The translations under genes and the position numbers were made by a program. From contig NW_026867195.1 of NCBI RefSeq assembly GCF_026571515.1, positions 1 to 64,000 on the forward strand: DNA of 64,000 bases. The letters are read 5' to 3'. The notes under the pieces were generated by a model. It did no database searches. It saw nothing but the letters and a program-made list of their open reading frames with translations, and was not told the origin of the DNA. Shown here one piece after another: positions 1 to 13,382 of the stretch. The number at the start of each line of letters is the position of its first letter. Position 1 is the stretch's first letter. The stretch is from Ruditapes philippinarum (lineage: Eukaryota).

Positions 1-452
1 TTTTACGTAAAAAAGTAAACTGTTGTCAAAAATAGCGAACTGTATTCCTGCGTCCAATATCGGGCAAATTTTGAAACGTATTGAAGCATCTACCCAGCAA
101 AACAAAACCAAATTCAAACAGTAGAATCTGTAAATAAAATAATAAGATTTAAATGTACGTGACCACTCCATATCAAACAGTTTTATTTGGCTTTAAAACA
201 TATTTTCAATCTGCAAATGCATGCTATTTTAAAATATATATATAAAGTTGCTATTTTTAATCAAATACTGGTTAACCTGTCTGTTACCTTCCTCTGCAAA
301 TTTTGTTTGCTACAAATAAATAAATGTTTTGTAAATGACATCATAAACGATTTCACGCTATAAATGCATTAAAATTCAGAAAGTTGCAGAACTTCCAGTG
401 GACATTACCTATACATTGAGTATCATTTTTTGCGGGGAATGAAAGAAATTGA

Positions 453-2350
453 TAGAGTGTGGGTATTACCGAACACTTAAGGTGAAATAAGTATTATTCG
501 GTAATACACGCAGTAATCATGATTTTCAATTGACATTTGATGAATATGAGTTTTCCTTTACATGTGCATGCAAGAAACACTTATCCTACGCACATTATCT
601 AATGAGTTATGACATTTTCATATATTATAGACCTGACCGCTTTTCTATTACCGACCATATGCGTGTAAATACCGAACATACATACGTGTTATTTCCGAAC
701 ACTGCCAACTTTTAAAAAAAAAATGTTTAATCTTCACCTGAAATATAGATAAGTTTAAAAACAAATCATTTCACTATTGATGTAAGCAATAATATGTTTT
801 CGCAAGTATTCACTATTGAACAATTATAATTACCAGAGACCATAGATAACATGTTAGAATTACGTGTTCAAATGTGAAAATATTAAATAATTTAAAGACC
901 AATTTAATTTTTATACAAATAACAGCCTTTGAACCATGTGATCTTAACAATATTTGTACTCCCAAAAGAGGTATTTGTCAGATACTCAGGTAATTTTAAA
1001 ATCTACGTAAGATCTGCTATTCCTTTAACTCCTCCTTAAGGTTGTGTTTGAAAAATCAGAAAACCATCTTTTTAACCTTTTCTGGGGAAACAATTGATCT
1101 CTCTCCCTCTCTCTACTCTTTCCCCAAGCTGAATGGTTGTACGAAGGGTTCAGTTTCACGGTTGCGGCGAAAATACCCTCCGGCCAGATCTGCCGGGTTT
1201 GTTTTCACGAAAGACTGTTTTCTGCGACCTTCACCCATAAAGTATTTTTTCAAAGTTCAAGTTGGTGTGCAAGCTCCTGTCTGGTTTCTCCATAGCCGAT
1301 AATTACGACATGTACATGACCAATTTCAACAATACGTCTATCTTCAGACTTAGATATAACTGTTCATCTTATGACCAGTGTATTTCATAGGGACAGCTAG
1401 TATTGTGAGGATGGACTTTGGAATCCCATCATTTTTTTGATGTTTGGTTTTCAACTAAAAGAGTTTAAAGAAACTAATTCAGCTACATGGTCAAGCATTT
1501 AATTCTGCTAAATAACGCTGCCGTTTTGCGTTTATCTGCTTGCTCATTCATAAAAAGGAAATTAAAAGAAATTGTCTATGTCTGTCTGATCATTTTTTTT
1601 CTTTTTTTAGAGCTATTTATTTGTTTATCTATTTATTTGTTATTCTAATTTTATATGTACTTATTCATTTATTTCTCTTTCTACATATCTTTTTGATTGG
1701 TTGAATGAAATAATTAATTAATTAATTAATTTATTTATTTATTTATTTTAATCAACATATTAATAATTGATTAATTATTAAATGTATCTATTTATTTATT
1801 TTAAATGTATAAAATTATTCATTTTTTGTATTTTAGATAAATAAATTCATAAAGTTATAATAATGATGAAGTGTTTGTTTTTAGTCATTTGTAAACATTG
1901 TGTTCGGTAATACACGCATGTCAAAATTTAACTGCTTGTAATTCCGAACATGCAAATAAACTCATTAAATAAATATCTAAGTGACATAATGGAGTTTTTT
2001 TCCATATCACAGTACATGTATTAGTTTCACAAAAATAACAAGAAAAATTGAATGATTTATCGAAATCAACGAGACCAGATAACCTTATGACGTCAGGTAA
2101 TCTAAAATTAGAATATTTGTAACGGAGCACATACTTGTCAAAGCGTAGTAGTATTTTAGTCTTGGAAATCTTTTGTTTTGTCCCTAGTATCACGTTTTTT
2201 GAAAATATAACAGATATGTCGGGAAAGGAAGTGACATCATGTTTCTTGAAATGTCACTGCCTTATTAGAAGAATATTAAGAAGGTTATGGTGAGAAAAAA
2301 AAATGTGTTCGGCAATACACGCACGTTCGGTGATACCCACACCCGCTCTA
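453..2350 (-). mobile_element. Internally deleted pogo/Tigger-like DNA transposon
   Basis: Left end TAGAGTGTGGGTATTACCGAAC (453) is inverted to GTTCGGTGATACCCACACCCGCTCTA (2325-2350), with TA at both ends. The motif TTCGGTAATACACGCA recurs near both ends. Confidence 0.75.
1040..1550 (-). pseudogene. Frameshifted pogo-type transposase N-terminus (psq HTH + CENP-B HTH)
   Basis: Manual translation across frames gives GIPKSILHN, IGYGETRQELAH, LRTTIQLG and IVSPEKVK..WFSDF, typical of pogo-family DNA-binding regions. No DDE domain was seen. Confidence 0.7.
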
Positions 2351-2599
2351 TAAAATCATATATCAAACATTAAAATATATTTTACTGTAAAGATGAACAA
2401 AGGAAACCCTATGTTTCGATATGTTTGAAATAAAAATGTATGATGAATAGATTCTTTGGGGTACAATACCTGTATTATAATTGGTTTAAAGGCAAATGTT
2501 TCTATTGTTCGGACATGTTCCGGAAGTTCCGTGAAAGGAAATGATCGCACTTCACATCTGCATGTCTTTAACTAAAAATCATAATATAAAAGGTATGAG

Positions 2600-4080
2600 T
2601 CATCGTTAATTGAATTTCATGATCGGATATGATTAATAAAAATTTTCATTAACAAAAACAAAAACCCAAAATTTGGGAAATTTTTTTTAAAAATAAAAAA
2701 AAAAGAAAAAGAAAAATTTTCCCCCATTAAAAAACCGATAAAAACCCGCTTAAAAGGGTGGCAAGACCCCATGAAAAAAGATATAATTTTCCCCACAAGT
2801 ATTTTTCCCGTGAGTTTTAAACGCTCCAAAAAAATCCTTTTTAAAAAAATAAAATACTATCCCCTGAAAAAAAAGAAAAACGTTTTTTTTTTAATAAAAT
2901 TTAACGTTTTTTTTCTAAAAATAAATGTTTTCATTTTTTCTTTACCACCAGCCTTAAAAAAAATAAAAATGTTTGGGAAAAAATCAATTTTTCCGTTTTC
3001 CCCCTGGGCCCGGGGAAATTTAGCCCCCAAAATTTGTAACCAAAAATTATTTTTTAAATTTAACCCCTGTAAATTTCCCCCGTTTTCCCCATAATACCTT
3101 GGTGTAGGGCCGAAAAAACCCCCCTTGGGGTTCCGGGGTAGTGCAAAAGGAAACTATAGCAGTAAAAAATAACTGGAAATTTTGGAATGTCCCTTTTGGG
3201 GGCAGACAAAAATTTTCCCCCCAATTTTCCCCAGGGAATTTCCCTCTCTTTTACCTCTTTGGGGGAGTTTTTTTACGGAAAGGGTTTAAAATTTTTTTTG
3301 CAAATGGGGCCCCATTTAAATTTTCCTTTAATTTGAAAAAGGAAACCCTAATCTGGGAAAAATTTTTGAAAAAAAAGAAAAAAGTTTTTTTGCCCTTTTC
3401 AAACATAAAAACCCCAAAATTTTTAAAGCTTTTATAAAATTTAGGTTTTCCCTTTGGGAAATACCAAATGTTTTACATTTTTGGGGTTTTTAACCCCCAC
3501 TTTAAAAATTTTTATTTTTGGGATTAAAATGTTAATTTTTCTTTTTATGGCCGAAAAATGGGCCCCGAAAGAAGGAGTGCCTTTTTTTTTTCTTTGGGGA
3601 AAACCTTTTTTTCTATTTTTTTATTTTAATTTAAAAATTTTTCATTTCTTCCGAAGGTTTTTTCCCCCCCTTTCGGGGCTTTTTTTTTCCAGAAAACTTT
3701 TTAAATAAAAAAGTAAAAAAGGGGCAAAACAAAACAAACCTGTTTTTTAAAAGGGTTGTGGGGAAAAGGTTGTTTTCAGGCCGAAGGCCCCAAAATAATT
3801 TTAAAAAATAAAATAAAGAATCCCCTTTTAATTTTTCGTTTTTTTTTCCCCACCTTAAAAAGTGGGGCCCCGAGGTTTTTTTTAAAAAAAACCCCAAGTC
3901 TGGGCCCCGTAAGTTTTTAATATTCGGGAATTTAAATTTTACTGTTCTTGAGTAAAAAACATTTTATTGAGGGAAAAAAGTTTTTTCTTTTTAACTAATT
4001 ACAAATTGAAATTTCCCCTTAAATAAATAGTTTTTTGCCATAAATAAAAAATAAAACAATTCTTTTGTTGGAAACAAAAT
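2600..4080. other. Homopolymer-saturated, probably low-quality consensus sequence
   Basis: Abrupt switch to dense A/T/C/G runs. ORFs here are strongly enriched in F, K, P and G. Confidence 0.75.
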
Positions 4081-4198
4081 ACATTGAATTCCATCATATC
4101 ATTTTTGTTCAATTGATACAAATACATTACAGCAAGATGGTGATTGATATTTAAATCTCAGAAAGCTGATAGAAAATTCTAATTTAAATAGTCGAAAC

Positions 4199-5970
4199 TT
4201 AAAGAAATGCGTACATCGTGTACATATATCTAGAATCTTTATTACACCAACAACGGTGAAAATGGACACTACAAACTTTATGACCCGCACAGCCAGTTTC
4301 TGATCTGAAATAATACTATAAATATGACATTTTGATCTGATAATTCATGTAATGAATATGATATATTCGATTAATTAAAATACAAAAAAATGATTAATTT
4401 TCACTTCTAGTATTAATCTTAACAATAACAGCATCAAGCTTCAAAAGTTAAATGAATATCACAAAATCCCTAGAGCTACATTTGTAATATAAGTGACAAC
4501 AATGTTTTTTTAAAATAAAAAATCATCACATAATATTATAAAAGGATTTTTGATCAAATGCGATGTTTTTCCCATTGTTTTACAAAAAGGCAAAATTGGC
4601 GCGAGCTAAAAATGTTCATGTTCAGCAACACTTTTAGCAGGAGTTTTGTTTATCTTTTCATTTAGTTGGAATACAGAGCCGACTATATAAATTCATTTCC
4701 TATTGTAAATAATTTACAGACAGTGACATGATGATATAAGGTTTTGATATTATAACTGATGTCATTAAGAATTAAATATAAATACTAGATAAATAAACTC
4801 ATGTTTAACATTTCCTTGCAATGCATTCGTCGGGTGATTGGTGTCTCATTTTATTAGGCCCTGTAATGAAAAGACATTTTGCTAACTTTTTTTTTCATTT
4901 TCAAATGGAGCTGAATTGACTATATGTTTCAAAAGATTTACTGTTATTATGTCACTGACCAATAGTTGATATTCGAAAATATTCAGGATAATATATATAT
5001 TTCGATTACATATATTTCAATGGATACTTACAGAAATTTTCTTAGGACCCATTAGCTATCTATCATTCATGCAATGTAAATTATAAAATTGAAATGATTT
5101 AGTGCAATTTGTAGTTTTATTTTGACTTTCACCAGATCCCCGTTGAATGATCATAAGGTCACTTAAGTACCTGTTAACTTATGAAATAACTCTCAGCACG
5201 TAAAGCACGTGGTTAACATGATTTTTGTATATGATACAAAAGCGTTTCTTTTTAATAGCATACTTACCCTATTTTTATAGTTATCCTATGTTTCTAACAA
5301 AGTCCGATATATATTATGCCCATTAAGTGGAACATCATACCACTTTAAAAACTTCGTTCCAATTTCGCTCCGTGTTTTGAAATAAGTCAAAGTATCAACA
5401 TACATGAAAAAAGATTAATTGTACTTCTGATATAGAAATGAACAAAAAAACGAAATAAAAAGATAAGAAACAAAATGATTAATTGGTATTACCTCCGAAC
5501 GCTCTGTGAAAACTTCCAACATTTTTATAAGTGCCGTACAAGCGAAGACCATATTAAAAACAGCACTAAACCTAGAACAATGAGTGATACAGTAATACTA
5601 AAATGACACTTAAGACACTACTGGCGAAGGAAATTTGTATATATTGAAAGATATAAAATCGTTTACTTTCAAATTTATGACATTTTCGCTACATTTATTT
5701 TTTAAAACGATTTAAGATAGACCTTTAATATATTTATCTGATATTAATTATGTCTGTAAGCAAAACAATAAATTGATTTCAAATTTTATACATGTGTATG
5801 AAACAGGCTTAACTATGCCTATAAGATATTTACATATACAATTATTTACAAAAGAGTCGTTTCTATGTCATTGAAATAAAATTTTACGTGTCCGACTTAA
5901 GGCAGTGTTGCACTTCTTCTGGAGAAACACTCAAGGCTCCCATTATGGACAATCTTTAGTATGCTGAGTA
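4199..5970 (-). pseudogene. Intron-containing pseudogene of unknown family
   Basis: Exon-like blocks with AG acceptors: 5571-5493 (FSAVFNMVFACTALIKMLEVFTERSE), 5426-5268 (KYN*SFFMYVDTLTYFKTRSEIGTKFLKWYDVPLNGHNIYRTLLET*DNYKNR), 5170-5032 (YLSDLMIIQRG...HCMNDR*LMGPKKIS), 4860-4803 (GLIK*DTNHPTNALQGNVK) and 4304-4199 (SETGCAGHKVCSVHFHRCWCNKDSRYMYTMYAFL*). The first three have GT donors. In-frame stops and one phase slip are present. Confidence 0.5.
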
Positions 5971-6239
5971 AAAAAGAATATCCAATATTAAGCGATATAC
6001 TATATAAACCGATTGCACTTTTTAAATGCACCTTGATATTATCATATCATGACATAATTGTATATAATAATGTGCATTTTATGACTCAAGACTAAAACAA
6101 ATTAACTCAGTACGTAGTTAATGTAATAACCATTAGATTTCGTACATAATCTTAGTAAAATAAAGTAAAACGCTGTTTTAAATTGACTGTCTACATGTAC
6201 ATATACCGATATTCACCGCTGATTTTAAAGCACCTGTGA

Positions 6240-9200
6240 AAAGGAAAAGTGTATGATTAAAACCCATAGCTTTAGGAGTTACAGTAAAACTGAGTAAATC
6301 CAACACGAAAAGGCCTTAGAGTGTTTTTAACCCAAAACCAAACCCCCGGTTTTCAAGCCTGGGGGAAACATTAAGATGATAAAAACCTAGGTTTTGATAG
6401 GTCTTTTAAGTATTTTCTTAAATGAAGTCAATTCGGTTCTACCCCGGGGGAATACAATAAAAGCTGACCAACCAACGTGATGGGCCATTGTATTTGTTCA
6501 TAACGAAAACCAATTTGTTAAAACCCTTAGGGGAAAAGTCAAGCTGACAAACCCTCAGGGGATAGACCCCTAATTTTTGTAGTTAGTAACGAAAAGCCAA
6601 GCATGGTTCACGCCATAGGGAAAACAGTCAAGCTGACCAAACCCACGTTAAAAGGCCTTACGAGAAGTTCTTTACGGATACCAAAACATGGTTCTAACCT
6701 CAGGGAATACATTTAGGCTGACAAGCTGACCATACCCACGGTGATAGGCATTTCTAGTAGTTCTTAACGGAAAACCGAGCATTGCTCTAGCTTCAGGGAA
6801 TACAATCAAGCTGACCAAAGCCACGGTGACAGGCCTTTCTAGTAGTTTGAAACGGACAACGGACAACGAAATCTGGTTCAAGCCTCAGGGAATACAGTCA
6901 AACAGACCAAACCCACGGTAATTTACCATTGTTCTAGCCTCAGGGAATATAGACAAGATGAACAAGCCCACATTGGTTGGCCTTTTTAGTTGTTTTTAAC
7001 GAAAACGAAGCCCGGTTCCAGCCTCAGGGACCAAACCCACGATGATAGGCCTTTCTAGTAATCGAAACGAACAACAAATCCTGGGCTTTCCTCAGGGATG
7101 TCTGTCTGGCTGACAAAGCACACGGTGATTAGTCTTTCAGTAGTTCTTAGCGGAAAACAAAGCCCGATTCTATCCCCAGGGAATACAGTCAGGCTGACAA
7201 AACCCACGTTGATATGCCTTTCTAGTAGTTTTTTTTCAGAAAGTCAAGTCCGATTGCAGCCTCAGAAAATACAGCCAAGCAGACAATACGTACAGTGATA
7301 GGGCCTTTAAAATAGTTCTTAACGGAAATCGAAGCCCGGTTCTAGCCTCAGGGTATACAATCCAGCTGACCAAACTCACGGTAAAAGGGTTTTCTAGTAG
7401 TTGTTATTGAAAGGCCAATCCCGGTTCATGCCTCAGGGAACAAAGTCAAGCTTAACAATCCCAGAGGGATAGGCTTTTCTAGTAGTTCTTCTCGAAAATA
7501 CAGTTAAGCAGGCCAAACACACGGTGATAGAATTTATCAGTAGTTCATAACAGAAAACCAATCCCGTTTCTAGCTTCAGGAAATACAGTCTGACTGACCA
7601 AACCTTTGGTTATAGGCCATTCAAATAGTTCTTAAAGAAAAGTCAAGCCAAGTTATAGTGTCAAGAAATGCAGTGAAGCTGATCAAACTCACGGTAGTAG
7701 TCCTTTTTAGTTGTTCTTAACGGAAAACTTAAGCCCGGTTCTATCACCAGGGAATACAGTCAAGCTAGTGTAACCCACATCGATAGGCCGCTTTTCTAGT
7801 AGCTTGTAACGAAAAGGCAAGGATGGTTATAATCTCAGCGAATAAAGACAAGCTTTTCAACGCACGGTGATAGGCTTGTTATTCTTAATGGAAAACTAAG
7901 CCCTGTTCTAGCCGCAGATAAAACAATCAAGCTGACCAATCCCACGGCTAAAGGCCTTACGAGAAGTTTTTAACGAAAATCCAAAATGGTTCAAGTCTCA
8001 AGGGATTCAGTCAAGCTTACAAAACCCACTGTGATAGTCCTTGTTAGTAGTTCTTGAAGAAAAACCCATGTCTGATTCTAGCCTCAGGAAATACAGTCAA
8101 TCTGTGTAAACCCACAGTTATAGGCCTTTACAGGGGTTCGAAACGAACGCCAAAGCCCTGTTATAGCCTCAGGGAATACAGTCAGGCTGACGAAACCCAC
8201 GGTGATAAGTCTTTCAAGAAGCTCTTCACGAAAAGCGAAGTCCTGTCGTAAGCTCAGAGAATACAGTCACTCAGACCAAACCCATAGTGAAAGGCTTTTG
8301 AGGTAGTTTTTAACGGAAAACTAAGCCCGGTTTTATCCTTAGCGAATACAGTAAAGCTGATAAAACCCACGGTGATAGGCCTTTCTAGTAGTTGTTAACG
8401 AAAAGTCAATCCAAATTCCACCTTCAGGGAACACAGTCAAACTGACTTAACCCACGAGGATAGGCTTTTCATTTAGTTCGTAACGGAAAGAGCAGAATGG
8501 TTCTAGCCTCGTGGAATACAGTCAAGCTGACCAAACCCACGGTGATAAGAAATTATAAGTTCTAAAGGGAAAACCAAGTCTGTTTATAGCCTCAAGACAT
8601 ACATTCAAGCTGACCAAACCCAGGTTGATAAGCATTTCTAGTAGTTCGTTTTTAAAAAAAAACAGTTCTAGCTTCAGGGAATACAGTCAAGTGGATCAAA
8701 CCCAGGGTGGTAGGCCTTTTTAAAACTTTTAATCGAAAACCAAGCCCGGGTTTAGCCTCATGGAATACCGTCAAGCTGACCAAACCCACGGTGGTAGGCC
8801 TTTTTAGTAGTTCTTAAGGAAAACCCGGTTCTTGCCTCAGCAAACAAATTCAAACTGAGCAAACCTACGGGGATATGCCTGTCAGGTATTTCTTAACGAA
8901 CAACCAAGCCCGGTTCTAGCCTCAGTGAATACAGTCCAGGTAACCAAACCCATGATGAACGGCCTTTCTAGTAGTTAGTAACAATTGGCAAAACATAGTT
9001 TAAGCCTCAGGGAATACAGTACAGCTAACCTAACCCATGGTGATAGGCCTTTCCAGGAGTTCTAAAGAAAAACCATACGTAGTTCTAACCTAAGAAAGTA
9101 CAATCAAGCTGACCAAACCAAAGATGAAAAGTCTGTCTAGTAGTTCATTACGGAACACTAAGTCTGGTTCTGCTCTCTAGGAATACAGTCGAGCTGTGCA

Positions 9201-9830
9201 AAATCACGTTGATAGGTTTTTTAGTAGTTTTTAACGAAAAGCCAAGCCCGGTCTTAGCCTCAAAGAATACTGTCAAGCTGTCCAAACCAATGTTGATAGG
9301 CATTTTTAGTATATTCGTAACGGAAAGCCAAGTTCAGTTCTAGACTCAGGAAATATAGTCGTCAAGGTGACCAAATCCATGGTGATAGGCCTTTTTAGTA
9401 TTTCTTGACGAAAAGCCAAGTCGGGATTTTGCCTCAGGAAATACAGTCACGCTGACAAAAGTCACGGTTTTAAGACGTTCTAGTGGGTCTAAACGAAACC
9501 AAGAACGGTTCTAGCGTCAAGGGATAAAGTCAAGGTGACCAAACCCAGGGTGAAAGGACATTTCAGTAGTTCTTAAAGAAAAACAAATCTCGGTTTTAGC
9601 CTCAGGGAACACAGTCAAGCTGACCAAACCCAAGGGGATATGACTTTCTAGTAATTCTTAACGAAAGGCCAGGCCCGGTTCTAGCCCCAGGTAATACAGT
9701 CAAGCTCATCAAAACCATGGGTCTTTTCCCGCAGTATTTTTACGGAAAATCAAACCCGGTTCGACACTTAGGGAAAACTGTCAAGCTAACCAAACCCACA
9801 GTGATTGTCGTTTCTAGTAGTTTGTAACGA
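6240..9830 (+). repeat. Tandem satellite array, ~84-85-bp monomer, ~42 diverged copies
   Basis: Approximate consensus CCTCAGGGAATACAGTCAAGCTGACCAAACCCACGGTGATAGGCCTTTCTAGTAGTTCTTAACGGAAAACCAAGCCCGGTTCTAG; period e.g. 8681 to 8765. Confidence 0.95.
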
Positions 9831-10228
9831 AATGCAAACTGAAGTTATTTTTTTTTGTAGACAATGATCATATTTAGTATTTGAGACACGGACAATGTTG
9901 TTGAATTTGCTCGACGCTACGTAACATCGCCTTTGCGCGAAATATTTGTTTATGTTATACGCGTATGATAGTAAAGGTATTATCCAACAATGTTGACCAA
10001 GCACTTCATTAACTATCGTAAAGGTCATTTGAATATGCACTGAACATATCGATATATTTGCTAACTTCACTCTTTAGTGAGGCGTGGTGTATTATTATAG
10101 ATGTCGGACTACCGATCTGAAGGTATCTGGTTCGATTACTTACCCTTACCAACCCAAGATTTTTTTAATTAACTTATAAGAATGTATTTTAAATCGTTAA
10201 ACTACACCCGGTTTTATAATATTTTTAA

Positions 10229-11023
10229 GGTAGACCATGGGTAATGCATTACCTCCACTTTGAAGAGTATTCAAATAGGCTAGAATCGCTTGTAAACTAC
10301 ATTGAAATTGAGGGGCATGGGTTCAAACCTCAGAAAGGGTAACTTTTTTTTCTTACTTTTTTTCTTTTAAACATTATTTATGTATCTCTCTGATCCCTTA
10401 TGGTAGAAAAAAAGTTTGATTTAAATTATATAATAATTTTAGGTTTTTTTTTTTGCTAAATAATGTCAAAATTTATAGCAAATATGATACCAGATATTTT
10501 CAAAGTTCGATAAAATAAAAACGACACGGTAAAAATATTTTATATTTAGCATGATCAACTAATATACCTTTGAAAAAATTTAGGCACACTTTGAAAACAG
10601 ACCCTCATTTCGATAAATTTTAGGGATATTTTGAATAAGGCATTTTAGATAGGAAAATAGTAAAATTAGTGTTAAAAGTGGGTGGGGTAGGGTAACATTT
10701 TTATACATATTTAGAACATTTTGTTTAGAAACAAACATTTTGCTTGTGTAATGTGTTACCTGAATGTTATTATTTGTTTCTTAACAATGAGCAATAGAAA
10801 AACATTTTTTATAATGATGATATTACAGATTATTTACAGTTTCCTTATTTCTGAAAATAAGCCCTTCTAATGGCAAAGTCTTAGGTCAGAAATATATCCA
10901 TAACTCATAAACCACACGGTAAATTTTATTTAAATTTTGCATACAGGTGACCTTGAAGACATATAACTGTCCTATGTTGTCAAATTTACAGTTCCTTATG
11001 GTGCCCATTACCCATGGTCTACC
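10229..11023. mobile_element. Non-autonomous Kolobok-like MITE, 795 bp
   Basis: Perfect 18-bp TIR GGTAGACCATGGGTAATG (10229-10246 / 11006-11023). TTAA TSD at 10225-10228 and 11024-11027; RR..YY termini. Confidence 0.85.
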
Positions 11024-11641
11024 TTAAAGAGGTATTTTATACACAATTATATCTTTTATTTTATTACAGTATTTTTAACGTTTCTCTTTGTAACATTAGG
11101 CAATCGTAATATCCTTAAGCGCATACACGTTATAAAGGCAGTTATTAAAAATACAACATAGATATAACACATAACAACAAACAAAAAGTTTTGCAATAGT
11201 TTTAAGAGAAAGGTAATTTTAAAATTGAAATAAAAATAAATTGCTGAAATAGGATTCGAACCTACAAGCTTACGTCTACATCCTTCCACTGAAACCCCTT
11301 ATTAACTGCACTTACAGGGATTTTAATATTACAGCATTTAAATAATTGAATGTTTACATTCATATCGATTTACAAGTAGATCGTAAAGTTTACGGAGTAT
11401 ACGACTTACATTGTCAAAAGCAAGATTGCCAGGTCAATATGTTATTGGACAATAAAGGAACTGTAAATAAAGCATTGTTTACTTATAATCGCATTCTCAC
11501 AAGGTAGTTTACCAAAATCAGTTTTTCTCGCATAGTAACTTGTATTGATGAACAACATATTCACCAAGTTGTTAACGCAGTTAACTCGGTCATCTATGAA
11601 CACGAGCATACTGGATTGTTGATTTGTAAATGTGTAACTAA

Positions 11642-12230
11642 AGCCCCAGTCACATTAGAGTTTACGACCAGTAAAGACCAGTTCACGGTCACCAGTGACC
11701 ACTGGTCGCAGTCAATCTTGAAAACGTAATACGACGGTCATCGGTGATCTTCGATAGTCGCAGGTTATCTTATTTAGGTCCCACGACCAATTTCAGTCGA
11801 GGAAAGGTTTTTGAGCTTGCACAAAAACCTCTCTGTGATCAAACAGTTTGCTAGTGATCTTATAAGGTCTTAAGCTGTCGCACGATCGTCGCTCGAAAGT
11901 GCGACAATCTTACGACAGTCTTTACAAATTGCCACTAGTCACTGATAATCTTGAGTAGTCTTTATTAATCATATCATGATCGTAAAACAAGTTGTAGGTT
12001 ATCGCATGACAAGTCACGGGTAGTCGTAAGTAATCCCAGGCAATCTTGAGACCATCGTACGTTTACTGATGACCTGTCGTGCGATTGTCAATGATGATTA
12101 GTCGTACGATAATCGAAGAAGTAGATTTATTTGTTCAGAGATGGCTTGGTCGATGACAATCGCCGATGATCGTCGGTTTTACACGTCACCCGTAGTCGCA
12201 TGTTATCGTAAGCTCTAGTGTGACTGGGGT
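11642..12230. mobile_element. PIF/Harbinger-like MITE, ~590 bp
   Basis: ~25-bp imperfect TIR AGCCCCAGTCACATTAGAGTTTACGA / TCGTAAGCTCTAGTGTGACTGGGGT with TAA on both flanks. The interior is rich in ACGAC/GTCGT motifs. Confidence 0.8.
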
Positions 12231-13382
12231 TAAAAAAGTAACCTATATATAATATTAACCGAGTAGTTTAAAAGCATAGAATATTTGCAGTCTAAGTCCG
12301 AGTAAAAAGTCAAACCCTGTAACGTTTGCATAAATCTGTCATATCATTGTGATATAATTAAGAGTTATGCATGTTTGTCCATTATTATTTTTGCTTTTTT
12401 TGTCGTTTTTGTTTTTATTTATAAAAAATAACGTGAGTATAAACAGGTTAATCTGAGTAGAATAGTGGTAAAAAAGGTTTAGGTTATGCAAATTGTGCAT
12501 AGTTTTTGGTATGATTTGTGTTATTTTCAGATTTATATGTTTTATTGTTTGGAACTTTTCTCTTTTATTTATTTGTTATTTATTTAGAGTAAATGTTTTG
12601 TACATTTCATGCAACATATTGAAAAAGTGTTATTAAATTATTCTATTTGAAAATCTGAATTTCATTCGCTAAAGTCTTAACAATTTCGAATAACTTGTTT
12701 GAATACATGTGTGTGTGTCCTTCGATTGCTAAAATATCACCCTTATCACGCCTTTGTTTTCTTTAACTTAGCCTGTAGAGTGCAAATGAGTGTAGAAATA
12801 AAATGTTCACAAATAGCATCGTTTTGAATAAATTCACGATGAACTAAAATCAAAAAATTAAATAAAAATGACTTTTCAGGATTTGAAGCAGGTTCTCTAC
12901 ACTCACTAAGCAACACTCTACTAGGCTGAACTGATAAGAATAAGTAATTGTTAAGGTGGTTAACGATACAGGTGATAAATTTTATGCTTTTATATAAGAT
13001 TTATATATTGGGCATTAAAAACATTGACTGTCTTATAATTATAAACCGGAACGTTGTTGTGTCACTCTTTCCTTATACAATGTGCACTTATAAAGAAAGT
13101 ATGTGGATGCATCCTCATATGAATTCAATTTAACAATATATGATGTCTATGTGTCTTTTTATGATGTCAACCTATCATTTTACGACGTGAATCATTAAGA
13201 GTCAACTAATCAATATATTATTTCCATTTTTCATTATACGATGTGAATCTATAGCATTGTATAGTTATACGATGTGCATTATGAATATATTATGTGGTAG
13301 CATCATTATATATGTCAACTTATCAATTAACGACGTCAATCGTTCATTATACGATGTGAATCTATTATTATACGATATGCCT

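Noticed and set aside
2617-3897. F/K/P/G-rich ORFs
   Set aside because: By-product of homopolymer runs in probably erroneous sequence.
6240-9830. CRISPR-like array
   Set aside because: The whole monomer repeats with diffuse divergence; there are no unique spacers or cas genes, and the context is eukaryotic.
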